The position numbers and the translations under genes were made by a program. The notes under the pieces were generated by a model that was not told the DNA's origin, did not search any database, and saw nothing but the letters and a program-made list of their open reading frames with translations. 64,000 nucleotides of DNA from NCBI GenBank assembly GCA_051362555.1, contig CM120645.1:744001-808000 (forward strand), given 5' to 3'. This document shows, in pieces, positions 1 through 13,683 of this stretch. Positions within the stretch are counted from its first letter, which is position 1; every line of letters starts with the position of its first letter. The stretch comes from Lingula anatina (lineage: Eukaryota; Animalia; Brachiopoda).

Positions 1-1181
1 TTAGGGGTGAGAAATATGGTCCATCATTCAACTGAAAAAAAAAAAACAATTTTTGGCCAAGTTATCGAACTTAAGAAAAATTAAATATAAGAAAACAAAA
101 ATCAAATTCAATTCACCTGGTTTAAATAGAATATAACGTTTGTAAAATGGCAAATATCAGAGACATTTAAACCCATGTATTTGACAAAGTTGAATATTGA
201 CATTGATGTGTGTATTACTATCACTAGTGCACGTTCCAGTTTGTGACCTTTTATAAGCTAGAACAGCACACCTGTCTGCTAAGCACCGCGTGAACTTTCC
301 CACCTGAAGTAACAGGTTGCTCATACACAATCCCAAATCAGGTTTTGGTCTAAAATACTACATTAGACCCCGACTTATTCAACAGCAGTTTATTTTTCAA
401 ACGAGCGCAAGTGGACTTGACTGCTACACAAAAATACCAGTATTAATACTGCTATTCTTAGAAAACCTAATGAACTCAGATAGTCGGCTTAACAAAGTTA
501 ACTATTATGTCATGGCGACATCACACGGTAAACACTGTATTTTCGCTTTGCAAAGTGGTAGAATTAAACAGTTGCTGAATTATCAAATTATGGGGTGATT
601 ATAACTCGGCGGGGTGATACAGCCCCCCCTCCCCCCCCGGGGAAACTTGTTATGTTCCAAATCCATCACTTTGCTTTTTATTCACAAACATCAAATTCAT
701 ACATTTTCCTGTTTTCAGCCGTCATACGTGTAAAAATTCAATATTTATCGTAAATGCTTCAGTTTCAGTAGCAATACTGACGCCTACGTAACGTGAAACG
801 TGAAATCCTATCATTTCAGATGTAGAGCACTATATAATTTCCAGAATATACAAAATAGGCCGATGCATAGAAGGCTTTTCGAATCAATACCGTTATGGAT
901 TCCAATTACAGGTACAATTTTTAAAAAGCTACCATAACAATTGAACTGCAAACACTATTGTGGAAATTTCCAACAATATCCTATCCATTATCTTCATTTC
1001 TATACACGCATATCCGTCATACAACAAACCACCGTGTGGCAGGAATTGAGAACAAAATCTTTTTTATTCAAAGCTGCTTTAATGCGCCTTTACTTATTTT
1101 CCTGGATAATGACGCAGATAGCGAGTAAGCAGCAATCCATTAAGGTGCTGATACAGTTAGACCCGACATAGTATTGTATAG

Positions 1182-4100
1182 ATGGACATTGCAGTGAAAA
1201 TGTATCTGGGAATTTGGGTAGTTTTTGCCTGCAATTGTGCGGCCGTGACAAGTGTCGGTGAGTAATTTTATTTTATCAAAACAGACAGAGAAAGACCGGT
1301 GCGACATCACTATCATTTCATAAATTCAAAACATTATAGGGCATATTGTTGCATGTATGCCCTCAACGAATAATCGCCTCATGCCTGCAATTACTTTGTT
1401 TTAAAAAAGGGAAAAAGAAAACGGCGACGGTCATATTGAATTTTTACCACTTTTAATACAAAGTTGGTACTTGGAAGCTCGCTCCGGGATTATCCTTGTC
1501 TTTCAGAGGTCTTGGTTAAAACGTTCTTTTTTCACCCTGCGCTCTCTGTAGCCTTCAGTCAATATATAATCACGGCATATTTTTGACTTGAATCTTGTAA
1601 ATATTCAGTAGTGCCAGTGCAAACAATCAAGAGAGCCAAGAAAGACGTCTCAGATGACTCTATTCTGTCACTTTATCTGATTTATTTAACAAAGCAAACA
1701 CGCGTGGTGTAGATTTCTTTTTCGATTAAAAATGTATACAAATATTTAATGTGTAAATTACAATGTAGAGATTATGTGTTAATACAAAAATGTACATGTC
1801 AAGCCAAAGCCTTGTGAATGAAAGTGTCAGAATTGATAAAATAAATAGAACATGGATAGATAAATAATGGCAATATTTATACAATTATCATCGGGGTATT
1901 TATTTACTCTTAATTTCAAGTAAATGTTCAGTGGAGGAAAGGTAGCAGTGAGGAAAGGTAAAATATATCAAACCGCAACGGCAAGAAAATAACGAAAATC
2001 ACTCCAATTTCAAAATATTTATTCACAAAAATACTTTCAGAAAAGCTATGTTTTTATTTCTTGAAATTAAATTAAAATTCAGTTTCTCCAGGATGAATTG
2101 TAGGGTTATTCCATTTTTGTTTGTACGCATTGCCACCAATGCACAAACCTTATTGAGTATAATCCACGGGCCTGATATAATTTAGACTGGTATTCTCATC
2201 CAACCAGATCACTAATTTTCATCCTTAACAATCCAGTGACAGCAGCATAGTTATACCTGCAATTTAATGCACATCCGAAAGGTATTTATTTCACTTAATG
2301 CGTTTCACTTTATTTGCGCTAATGGATTTTTTTTTAATGTCACTTCATGTAAGACCGTGATGTGAACGCAGTGTTGTAAGTAGAAAGTCTTCTGGATGAA
2401 TACTACAAATACGTATGTTTTATATGAAGTACCGATAGGCATCCGAAAGTCACAGTACAATGATGTGGTATCAACGATGGATGAAGTTCCAAAGTGTTTG
2501 TCCAATGCCAGGAGCTTGGTTGTTCTAGATTGTTTGGAGCCAAAGAAACAGCATCATCATTGATTTTCATTTGTTTGCGACATTGGGTGGCTGCTGCTGA
2601 ATCACTACACCAGAGAGAGCAAACAAACACCAGGATGTGGCTTTTTGTAAATCCAACCATCTAACTTTTGATTTAAACTACACCTGAAAATATTTATAGA
2701 GCTTTGTTTAGTCTAATGCAAGCAAAATACAATAGGATTTATTTCAAGCAGAATCACGTTCAACAAACAGGCAAATGTCTTTCCTTTTTGACTTTGGTAG
2801 AAGTAGTCTGGATGACTGGTGCTATATTTTGGCCAAATTGCTCAAAATGTGGAAAAAGCATGAAACTTGGCACAAATGTTCTTTGGTCTATGCTGATCAT
2901 TTTCAAGGGCAGTGCCCAAAATTTCAAAGCGTTGCTTAGCAACCGTTGCTATGGAAGTGAATATTCTTAGTAACAAGCTAATTAGACCTTTCTTGTCCAG
3001 TTTAAATGGTTTAGAAATGCTAATAACTATGTTTCAGGGCATCAGAACTATCACTAGACTATTTTAAGGCAATTAAAACCCAAATTAACCTTAGCCACGA
3101 TTGCTAGGCAGCATATTACCCTAGCAACAAGCATTTAAAGTTGCGTTAGTCTATTAAGTAAGGCAAATCTATAATACTAGCTAAGAACTACATTTTTGAG
3201 CAAGATGTTCATACTTTTAATCCAGTAAGTTGAAACAATTGTGTGATGTTTACACACATCCGATCAAAAACATTGCCAGTGCAGATACTTAAGGCAGCAT
3301 GTTCAAAGTTAGTAACCAGCCATTTCCATGCTTTTATCACCTTACGACTCTTTATAATACTTTGCAATAGTTAAGACGTTAAATTCTCCCTTGGATGTGC
3401 AATATACAGTGCATTTTGCCCTTGCACATTGTCAGTCTCTACATTTGCACCTACATGCACACTGGAGCAAGTCTGGGCAGGTCAATAGCTTCTGGCAAAT
3501 GTGTCCACAAGGGTCCACTGTTCCGCACAAGTCCAACCAGAGTGAGCACATGGTATCTGATGACATGGCACTGTAGTGCTGATTCAGATATCTTCATCTC
3601 GCAAGAATACTCTTATATTGTTGTAGAGCAGCCTTGGTGGAAGTAAGATATGGCATCTAACAGCCTTTGGGTGTGAACAGAAACTTTTGAACTTCACTGA
3701 TTAACAAAAAGAATTAAAATAGAACCATGGAGGTGTATTTAAGTTACTTGGTAGAGAATAGAAACTGACAAAATACAATGTGAAAAAACTTTTTAGAAAA
3801 TATTGAACAAAATGAAAAATATCTTGGAAAGCTGGTCTCTGAAAAACCTTTCAATAATAGGAAAGTCAACAGTGGTTAAACCTTTAGTATTTCTCATCTT
3901 ACGTAGTGCATGTATAAACTCTCCTACCAGCCCCCCCCTCCCTCAATACTTAAAATATGCATATCATATTTAACTTTATTAGGAATGGGAAAAGATACAA
4001 AATAAAATGAGCAAGGATGGCGTCTGATGACAAAAATGGACAGTAAAAGGTACCACAAATAAAAATTTTAACAAGGCCCTTAACTTTACATGGCTTAAAA

Positions 4101-7100
4101 GACTTCTTTATGAAGAAAATAAGAGGAAGTGGAGAGCGTTTTTCTCGGCGAAATGTCAGGAATCGGTAGTAACAAAAGGTGGATTAAAAATACTAAAAGC
4201 AACTTCTTATCCCTTTTGGCAAAGATTATTGGTTCTTTGAGTGAAATTCAGGAAAATTTCAATTTAACCCCAGATGAAATCCTATCACAACCATCATGTC
4301 AAAACTCAAAAATTGAAAGAAATTGAAAAACTATTTTCCATAAAAGATGGTGTAAAATGTTTTTTTTACATCAATGATATTATAAATGACATTTGAAATC
4401 CCCTCTGTCTATAGGAACTCAACAAAAAATCAACCTTAACACTAACTTTCTGGGCTTATTCAGCATCCAAAAGAGCTTACCATCTGAATGGCTATCTCTT
4501 CCCATGGAAGGAAATTGAGCATAGCAATCCAAGAAATAATTGACTCAATTAAACAAGTTACCAAACCATCCAGATATTTTTTCGCAAAAAATCCTCCAAA
4601 GCCATATAATATCACCAGATAAAGGTGTAGGTGAATGGCAGACATATTTTTAATTGGGAACTAACATTTAAGAAACAGATCACAAGAAAAGGAAGTTGCT
4701 CCAATTCAGAATAAATCATAGAATATTCAATACTTATGCTTATCTTATGAATTTGAGAATTTTGCAATACTGCTAGGGAAAATATTCTGTACGTTTTTTG
4801 GGATTGTCCACATGTAAAAAATGTTTGGATGTGCATCATTTGCCCCGCTAAAGATAATTTAGGTGTGGTCATTGATAGATCTCCAGAGATATTTGTATTT
4901 GGGTTTGTGCAAGCTGTCGGACCCGACATATTTTGGCTGTGTCCCCGACTCTCAGATGGTTGGATTGTGACAACGCCCCCCGCCTGCCCTGGGTGTCTGA
5001 AGCAGAGTTTGAGTACTTCGTCCGTAGCATCCTTGAAAGCAAGCAACTCTACAGCTGAATGGTGGATCCCGCCGACGCCACGATGTGCACTTCGCCCTGC
5101 CATTCGCCGACGAGCCATGATTTCAATTGAAAGACTTTAAAAAAGTGTTCAAGCCGTTGTTAAAAGACTCTAAAATACTGTCATCGTCATGAAAAGACTT
5201 TGTTATATAAGACGCTAAACTGCCCGGTTTCCAGAGCTATTTTTCCCTAAATTGATAAAGAAAGATATAAGTTAAAGGGTTTTATCTCTGGTTTTCCCCC
5301 GGGCGTACACTAAAACATGTAATTAAATTTTCCTTATCTGTGTAAATATTGTATATATTATTAGAGTGAACGTCTCCAACATGAGTAATGAAAAAAAAAA
5401 GTTTTTTTTTTCTGGAAAAAATGGAAGGAATATGTCGGGTCCGACATAAAGATAGTACGAAGTAATATGACGTAATGTGTTATTGTGCAATAGCTTTTGA
5501 GTAACGCGGCGGTCTCTATGTATGACGCCGAAGTAAAGAAATTAATTATACAATTAAAGGTAATTATGTTTGACGTACATCTCATACTAGCGCAGCACTG
5601 GATCCATGTAAAGATAACAAAATATTTTTTAAAGTGAGTGAGGAGAATTGAACGGGGAGATAGACTGGGGACATGTAGAAGGAAGCAGCGGAGGAGGAGG
5701 TTGGAAGCGACGGAGTACGGAGCTGACGGGTTAAGAATTGGAGGCTTCACTTAGAATATCATGTAGTTACTTAGCGTCAACGAATAAATCGTTTAACTGG
5801 TCATTATGTGGACTTGGGTTTTCTTTGCGCGACTTACGTAAATCTGACACGAACCGTGGAATTTTGAATTGCGTTATCCACTGAGTAAGTCTAAAACGTA
5901 ATGTCCTATTTCGAGCCCACGCTTGAATTAAGCGTACAAAATTATATAAGTTTAGGACATTCATCATAGGCATATGTAAAAGGTTCATTACAAAGCATAC
6001 ACTATTTATGTACCTATCTTAATAATTAAGAAACATGTAAGTATATGTAGAATGGGAACAGAAAGATGGAAAGGAACTGGAGGGTATGTAAAATGCTACA
6101 GAGATATCTGCATATATATTATAAAATATATATTATTAAATATGTAATGTTAAATACTTGTTGCTAGGGTAATATGCTGCCTAGCAACTGTTGCAATGGT
6201 TTACTTGGGTTGTTTATGTCTTAAAATAGTATAGTGATAGTTCTGATGGCTTGAAACAACATTAAAAGCCTTTTTAAATCATTTAAACTGAACAAGAAAG
6301 GTCCAATTAGCTTGTTACTAAGGTAAATCACTTCCTTAGCAACGGTTGCTAAGCAACGCTTTGAAATTTTGGGCACTACCCTTGAAAATGATCAGCATAG
6401 TCCAAAGAACATTTGTGCCAAGTTTCATGCTTTTTCCACCTTTTGAGCAATTTTTGCACCAGTCACCTAGACTAAAGCAGACAATGGTAACGTTGAAACT
6501 CCTGATATTTACGTTCAACTATGCTTGTTAATTAATACGTCTTTTTTCAGCCTTTTCTGGACCTTTACCATTGCCATACGACTGGCTGAATTTTACCGGA
6601 AACATACTTACCATGGATACCCAAGAGCGCTTTAATATTGGGGAGCGCGTGCGGTATCACGTGGAAGCTCACGTGACAGCCGGAGATGGGTACGCAACTT
6701 CAGGTGAAAGCGCCGAATTTACGCAGCTTTGGTTTTCAGTGAACACTTCGGCATTCCTTAGCGTGAGTATAAGATTTTTTTCCTCACACGGGTGACATTT
6801 TGGGATCAATTTTCTTTAGTTAGTCTGGATTAGAAACTCTCTGGGTCAGGCCACTGGCCAGTTCGGTTGCTCTTCCCGGACTGAAGTGAACAAAATTTCA
6901 ACAGGACTGTAGTCAGCAATTTGAAAAGGAGGGTTCCTTTTTCTGATAAAGTGGACCTTTTACTATGAAACCTTTGTGTGCTTAGTCTAAGTTAGTTCAA
7001 GGCAGATAAGCAGTTATCCACATTAAAGATTAATCTTTGGCCTGGGACTTTAGTCTTGTCTCTCTTGCTATAAAAATGGTGCGATGGGTCCACTGCTGAT

Positions 7101-9793
7101 TTACAGATTTCCTGGGTCAAAGTTCAAGAGAAATTTGGTCTAAACTGAGTCTGGTGAACAGTGTCCCACATGGTACATCTGCCATTCAGTACTGTTTCTA
7201 ATAGTTTTCAGCTCAAATGACAACAATAACATTCACAGCTCCCGACGACACAATTAGTCAGCCAACCTTGAACGTGAGTATTATATGATAAATATGTGTA
7301 TTAAACTAATGCTATTATTTTTTAATTGAAATATACCCTGATGCCTCCTTCTTCATCTATACAAGTCCTACACTCTCCAGTACTTTGTAAAGAAAAAAGT
7401 TTTTGAAGCTGGCGAATGTATTAAAACACGTTTGTCGTACGTAAATTGTTTTTGCATTAGGCCGATCCAGTGGTTGCATTCCCGTTTTGTTTATTTATTT
7501 ATTGAAGAAGAAGGAGAAGAACAACAACAACAATGTATCCAACCCTTCCGACTTTCTTACATGTAAATGGGGACGAAAGACACTCTCAAAACTACAGAAA
7601 AGTTTTTCACTCACCTCAATTACGTTGCCTTGCAGGTGACAGGCGGTGAGACCGTGTTGGGGTTCAGAGCGCCGGAAACGAATGCATTCGCTGTTAGCAG
7701 CTACGATCTTAACAGAGTTCAAATTGTGGAATTTGACATCGAAACAAACGTAACAGGTGCTTGATAATTTAGAATTAATTCAAGTTTGCCTTGTTAGTAT
7801 TTATTAACATCTGATTAGAAAAGAAAGCTCCTGAAATTGTGTTATGCCAGATATTTTGCAGTGGTCATGTTCTACATAAAACATGTATATCCAATGGACA
7901 AAATTTGACCCACCGTATATAGTTCTTTTACTCAAGTTCTAAAAAATTCATTAAGGTTTTTTAATTCTTTATGGTATCAAATATTGAAGTATATAACTTT
8001 ATTCGTTTCGTTCGTGTAATTGACAATATATATGAAAAACATAATGACATTCAAATTATTATTTGTAAATTCATCTCTCGTTGCAGGTCCGATTGTTTTA
8101 GGCAAACAATTCTTCTTGAGTTTTGGTGTTTCGTATAATTCATACAGTGCCGCTTTCTCTTCAAACACGTCCTTCATATTTTATCCTGACGTCATCATGG
8201 CGGCATTGGATTCGACAGAGTTGGTTTCTGGAACTCCGTATTACGTCACAATCACCATCCCCAACATTCCTGCGTCTACAGTCAAACTGGCCATGGCGTT
8301 CACCCTCACACATGAGCCAGCATTGATCGGCAACTGGTCTCTGATCCAAGTTTACAATCTTGACGAACTTCAAACTAAAATATTCTCAGAAAATTTCCTG
8401 TCTCAAAGCTTTCAAACTCACTCAATAACCTTTGATTATAGCGTAGTTACTTCAGTAGACATGTCTATTACTCTGGTCCTAATCTTGACCATCACTTCCG
8501 GTCTGACTGACTCTTGGTCAGGCAGGGCATGCCTTCAACTGGACAGCACTTTCGGCGATCACGTCCAAACACACCAGTTGCCGGTATCCTTAGGAAGCCA
8601 TGGGGCTCTGTATGTCCGAAAGGCTCAGACTGATGTTGACGTTATTGACGCGTGCCCGACCACACCTTATTTTGAAAACTGGGTCATCTGTGCTGAAACT
8701 GCCGGTATGTTTACAAATGGGACACAGCATTTTTTTCTGAAAGTTGAGATTCCCGATGATCTATATCCATATCTCTGCCTTGGGGTTTCAAACGACTCGG
8801 TGGAAACAGGTTTTCTTCTCTGTGCCACAGACAAAGTGATTCAATCCTCGGCAGCTGCTACATCCATGCATTGTGCTAAGACAGTAACTCTCAATTTGAC
8901 ATTCACCCAATCCGGAATCACGTGTGAAGAGCACGCGACTGACGTGAACCTCACTTTTGCGCTGTACGTAGCGGATTATGCTGTAAACGTCACAGTGGGA
9001 GAAAATCTAGCTTTGATACTGGCGACTGGCGACTCCAACCTCCAGTTCAACGCGCACGTCCAAGATACGATTAATGACACCAGAGGAGGAATCAATATGG
9101 CGTTATTGCCATATGTTGTCGATAATGTAGCAGAAGGAGAAACAATTAATCATTCTCTGTCCATCGTATTTCCATCAGGACCTGTTTCTGTTCTTCTAGA
9201 AGTAGGGGTGTCCAACAACTCACTTGCCGTCGTCAACATTACAAATATCGCCGTCAGTTTTGGAGGAGCCATAAATGTGAAAAGTTCCGAAATTAAATTT
9301 CCGGACCACATAACTTATTATTTTTCCCCTACAAATGATACTTTTGATCGCGTGCAATTTACCCTGCCGTACATCTGCATCAGCGATAGTGCATCTGCTG
9401 TAGAAAGAGCATTGCACGTCGCCATAGCAACCACTGTGTTGACCAATAGCGGAGTTTCCATGGATATGTATTTTATATGGACCAAGGTTACATACGGGGC
9501 TGTAAATAGAGTGACACAGACGCAGATCAGCACTGTAAATGTCTATCCCCGGAATAGCCACTTTCCTACAAGTGCGCCTATTACCGCCACAGCTCCCACG
9601 TCCAGCGAACAGAACCTAGTGACGTCAGCACCTGGTCTCGTCATGGACGACGGTGTTCCTCGCCTCTTCATGACCGTGACATTGATGACAGCTGGAACGC
9701 TGAAACAGGGGTAAAGTAAAGGTTGAAGCACAAGCACACACACACACACACACACTGGGTAAATTAAATCACTTGCGTGAGTTTTCAAGCATC

Positions 9794-9848
<55 letters not shown>

Positions 9849-12800
9849 TCAATATCCATTTTGCGGGGAGTTTACGATATGTTTTCTGTTTTGAAAGGTA
9901 TCAATTTGGTGAAATTGTCAATAAGAAATATTCAATTTTTTGGGCCAACTTACGTTCCAAATAATTCTTGAAAGATTTATTTAATCCGACTCTCAGAAAG
10001 AATGCCTCTTTGTATAATAAACAAAAAAATACTGGTAAACATGTGCGCTTAAGTTTCCAGAAACGTTGGCGATATTTAAACTTGAGTCCTGAATATTCTT
10101 TTTCAGAAACACTGCAAGTTTGAATGTGACTTTCGGACACGTGACCGACTCTTTAAACTCCACGTCACCAACAGATGCGTACAACGTCACCATCACTTGT
10201 ATATTTACGCCATACCTAACTTACATAAGACACCTTTATGACGTAGATGGGATGACAGTTTCTAACAGTTCAGAATTCCTTTCGCTTAGTGTAAGTATTT
10301 AGTAACATGGTTAGTGAAATCATAACCTCTGTGACGAAACTTCATCAAAGAATTGAAAAAAGTTTCACATCTCCTTTAAGCACTTCATTTTTGGCGAATT
10401 TACATCCGGTCGATTTTGTCCAAAGGTCACTTTTGAATAAATAGTTGACGTAATTTCTATCAGAAATGGGATAAATGCTGTTCTCTCAGAAATATTTCAA
10501 TTGTCTTGTCTATTTCAGTTTGCAATATTTGAATATCCAAGAGTTCTTAATAACCTCATATTAGAAATCAAGGTAGATTCAACGTATTCACTTGACCAGG
10601 CCCTCTTTGGAGCGGGATACCTCAGCGTTGGTCCTGTGATTTTGGAACACAGCGATCGTTATTCTAACAAATATGATCCAATCATCGGTTCCTATGAGTT
10701 CTTCATTGAGCGAGGTACGTAAAAAAAGTTCTGGGAGGCACGTGACGTCACCTTGACGACGTAAAGTTGGTTTGACGTCACAATAGCATTGATATGTTGC
10801 CGCGTGCTGTATGACATTATAACCGACCAATTTCAGATTTAATTCAGTCATGAATTCAGTCTAGAACAACGTCTCTTTAAATCCCATGTATGTCGACAAT
10901 GTACAAAGAAATTGGATTGTTTACTGGTACTTGCAAAACGTTTTCCATTAGTTCCAGAGATTGATAATGTTAGTAGAGCCTGCCGTATAGCTGGCATCCG
11001 GATTTAATTTATGACCAGTTTAAGGGGCTTTATAACTAGGCCTCAAGTCAAATACGTGTACTTCATTTTATATGTCAATAATTGGTTGGTGCTGCAAAGC
11101 GCGTATACATGTACTTCAACTGATGACGAGGAATGATAGTAAGTAGGGGGTGTTTACTATTAAAATTTATCGCACTTCCTCGTGCGCAGGATCTCTCTCT
11201 GAATGCAATCAGGTCGACAAATTGAGAAATAAAGTAGATGACAAAAATATTGGTGATTATACAAGTGCGTTCATTGTGAACACGCTCTAAGACACAATTT
11301 CTTTTTAATACTAGCCATTTTTGCTGTCATTGTCGTTTTCCTTTTTTATTTTTTCTCAACAGCAAGCTACCAGCCATTGGGCTGTTTCAGACATAACCGG
11401 CATCGCGCCTTCCCCGATCTTGTAGCCAACTACAGGGGGGTGTCTATCGATTGGCAAAATATGGCACACAGCTTTAATTCTATCATCAAATGGTGAGTGA
11501 AAATAAGAAAGATTTCGGGTGGACATTGAAACGATTCTGTTACTATCAAAACATATGAGTTTGTATCAATAGAACAATCACTGTCAATAACCATTACCAA
11601 GCAGATGAAACTGTGTCAACATTCCAAATTTTAGAAAAATATTCAGTACAAAATATCCCAAATAATAACCAGCAGCACCGCCAAATACAGTAATACCTAC
11701 AAACAGACGCAATGCACACGCGCGTCACGTGCATATGACTTCCCATTGAAAACAATTTCAGGTGTGCTGAAGAGGTGGCAGCGAGGAGGACTTCCCATCC
11801 GCAGAGACAAGCATTTCTATCCTTCGGTATAAAGTATTATGGCGAGTGTTGGTCAGGTGACCACGTCCCAGTCAGCTATTGGTTGAACCATGCGTCAAGC
11901 CACTGCGAGGTCTATGACGTAGGAGGAAGCAGGGATTCAATGTTTGTCTATAAACTTAGTATGTACCACAGTAGCCTTCTCCACGAAAACGAAAATATCC
12001 CGTTTTCATGGTTTGGAAGAATAGTTTTACTGAAATATGAGCGTAAATAACATACCGTCTAAGTATGAGAATTGCTGTTCGAATTTTGCCATTTTAACGA
12101 TTGTAGCCATTATATCCTACTTTCATTCTATGAGCACGATCTTCATTAACACTTCAAAATGACGCATCGCCTTCAGTTATTTTAGATAAATATCTCCGTA
12201 AAGTGTGATGCATGCATATGATCGTTTTTCAGACCATTCTAGAACCTGGCCACAGATCCCTGAGGTGGCAGCGTCGCAGAATTGCGCGTGCCGCTTTGAT
12301 CCTACGTCACATAACTGCGCGTGCTGTGACGTCACTGAGTGTCAGTGTGGACGTGTTAAACCAGGCAACTGTGCACGTTGTAATTATTTAGATTTCTGTG
12401 AAGTGGAAGACTTTAGTAAGTGTTGTATGTCTCGTACGTTTTATTCCACAGGCAGTTCAATTGTCGTAGAGTCTAATGGCTTCATGATGTCATCAAAATG
12501 ACGTTTATCTACTTGGTTATTTTAACCTCTGGCGAGCATGTTAAGAGGCCATTTTAGATTCCGCTTTGAAAAGCGCACATTTTTAACCTTTTACTTAGGC
12601 CTACTTCTTTTAGATTTAAGAGTTATTTCCGCTGTTGCTGACTTTATTCGTTCAAACATTGTTTCGTACAGGTAGAAAGGAATCTACTATGGAGTTAAGT
12701 GATCAGGAATCCATCAGATGTACATCCGACGGTACAAGGTAATACATTACCTCCCTATTGGATTTGAATCTATTCTTATTACGGGGCGTATTAAAAAGTA

Positions 12801-13334
12801 CAAAATAAGGATGCATGTAAACAATACAGGTGTAAGCAAAATGCAAATTATGCTTCATCCAGCTGTGATGTTCAAAAGGAAAAAAAACTCGACACTCACG
12901 TAGACCTGCTAGATGTTATGCTGGGGCTTAGATATTTCGCGCTTTAGCACAAGGGCATTTTCGTTTCACATGAGTGTCTAGTAGGAGATATAATACATTT
13001 GCTTTTAGAGATGTAAACAGTTTGCGGGGTGATTAGTGTAAAATGTGACAAGTAATCGCATAATATATGCAACAAGTATGACGTGAATGGACTTGAACAG
13101 GTGTCAACTTTACGCGTCATATTAGGTCTTAGAACTGTAATCAATTGCACAATTATTTTGGTTTTCCCTGCAGTGCATGTGAGGATGTGCCATGTTGCAG
13201 CTACTTTTTCCCGAGGGCTGGGAGCCAAGTTATAGAAGGTAACACCACAGAATACAGATTAAATTACATGTACGTCGTGTTCCAGAGAGCTAATCGTTAT
13301 CCAATGCATTTGTGTGTGTAGTGGTTGAAGAAAC

Positions 13335-13379
<45 letters not shown>

Positions 13380-13683
13380 GAAGTACAAAGTAAACGAGTG
13401 TTTGTAGCGAATGAAGGGGTCGCTATAGTCTCCAAACAAGATAATCCGTCCCTAGTGACGCCATATTGGGTTTTTTCTCTCGTTCCCAGCTATTCCTGAC
13501 CTGGACCGCGTCCTTGGCTACGACAGCGTGACAGGCACAGTGTATGGTAGTTATAGAGACGTGATTAAGGAGAGCCCGGATATACGGACGTGGTTCAGCG
13601 TGTCTCCAAATCGTCTGCTGTCTGCACAGGCACGAACCACTTGGAGAAACGCAAAGCAAGGCAAAGGGAGTTTTTCCTTGTAA
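1182..13683 (+). CDS. Large secreted multi-exon protein: signal peptide, long beta-rich (Ig/adhesin-like) region, WSC-like domain, Cys-rich module, C-terminal domain
   Basis: Signal exon 1182-1257 (MDIAVKMYLGIWVVFACNCAAVTSV, donor GTGAGT) is phase-compatible with the exon at 6551. Phase-consistent GT-AG chain: 7212-7273, 7636-7756, 8087-9710, 10107-10290, 10519-10715, 11363-11492, 11762-11958, 12233-12415, 12672-12737, 13174-13238, 13490-13683 (TAA). WSC-like motif YQPLGCFR...FGIKYYGECWSG...GG..SMFVYKL; Cys cluster CACRFDPTSHNCACC...CQCG...C..C...C. The join between 6762 and 7212 is unresolved. Confidence 0.72.
3385..3660 (-). pseudogene. Relic of the Academ transposase C-terminus
   Basis: Minus-strand translation through frameshifts and stops gives TKAALQQ...SGW...LWTHLPEA..CPDLLQCACRCKCRD*QCARAKCTVYC. 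This resembles the Academ pattern PPTxxALxQH...WGW...WxxLPEA...CxELxxCxC...CTxLC, recalled from memory. Confidence 0.7.
3700..4914 (+). mobile_element. Degraded 3' fragment of a Tx1/L1-clade LINE ORF2, nested in the Academ element
   Basis: Relic motifs ESWSLKNLSIIGKSTVVKPLV (~3826-3890), ILSQP..NSKI (~4280) and a decayed zinc knuckle *EFCNTARENILYVFWDCPHVKNVW (~4752-4828). Many stops and frameshifts. Confidence 0.75.
9797..9847. repeat. (GT)n microsatellite
   Basis: Uninterrupted GT dinucleotide run in an intron. Confidence 0.95.
13336..13379. repeat. (ATT)n microsatellite
   Basis: Tandem ATT run in an intron. Similar (AAT)n runs occur at ~18369-18416 and ~43703-43742. Confidence 0.95.

Larger units (their letters stand above)
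2804..6474 (-). mobile_element. Defective Academ-superfamily DNA transposon (~3.7 kb) in intron 1 of the secreted-protein gene
   Basis: Imperfect terminal inverted repeats of ~330 bp (2804-~3135 and ~6150-6474), TAG...CTA termini (TAGTCTGGATGACTGG / CCAGTCACCTAGACTA), 3-bp TSD AAG (2801-2803, 6475-6477), and an internal transposase C-terminal relic. Confidence 0.85.

Noticed and set aside
2704-2970. Near-identical ORFs at 2704-2970 and 6336-6531 as duplicated genes
   Set aside because: They are translations of the two Academ TIRs.
6821-6835. TAGTCTGGAT as the start of a second Academ copy
   Set aside because: The match to the TIR tip is only 10 bp, with no partner end or TSD found.
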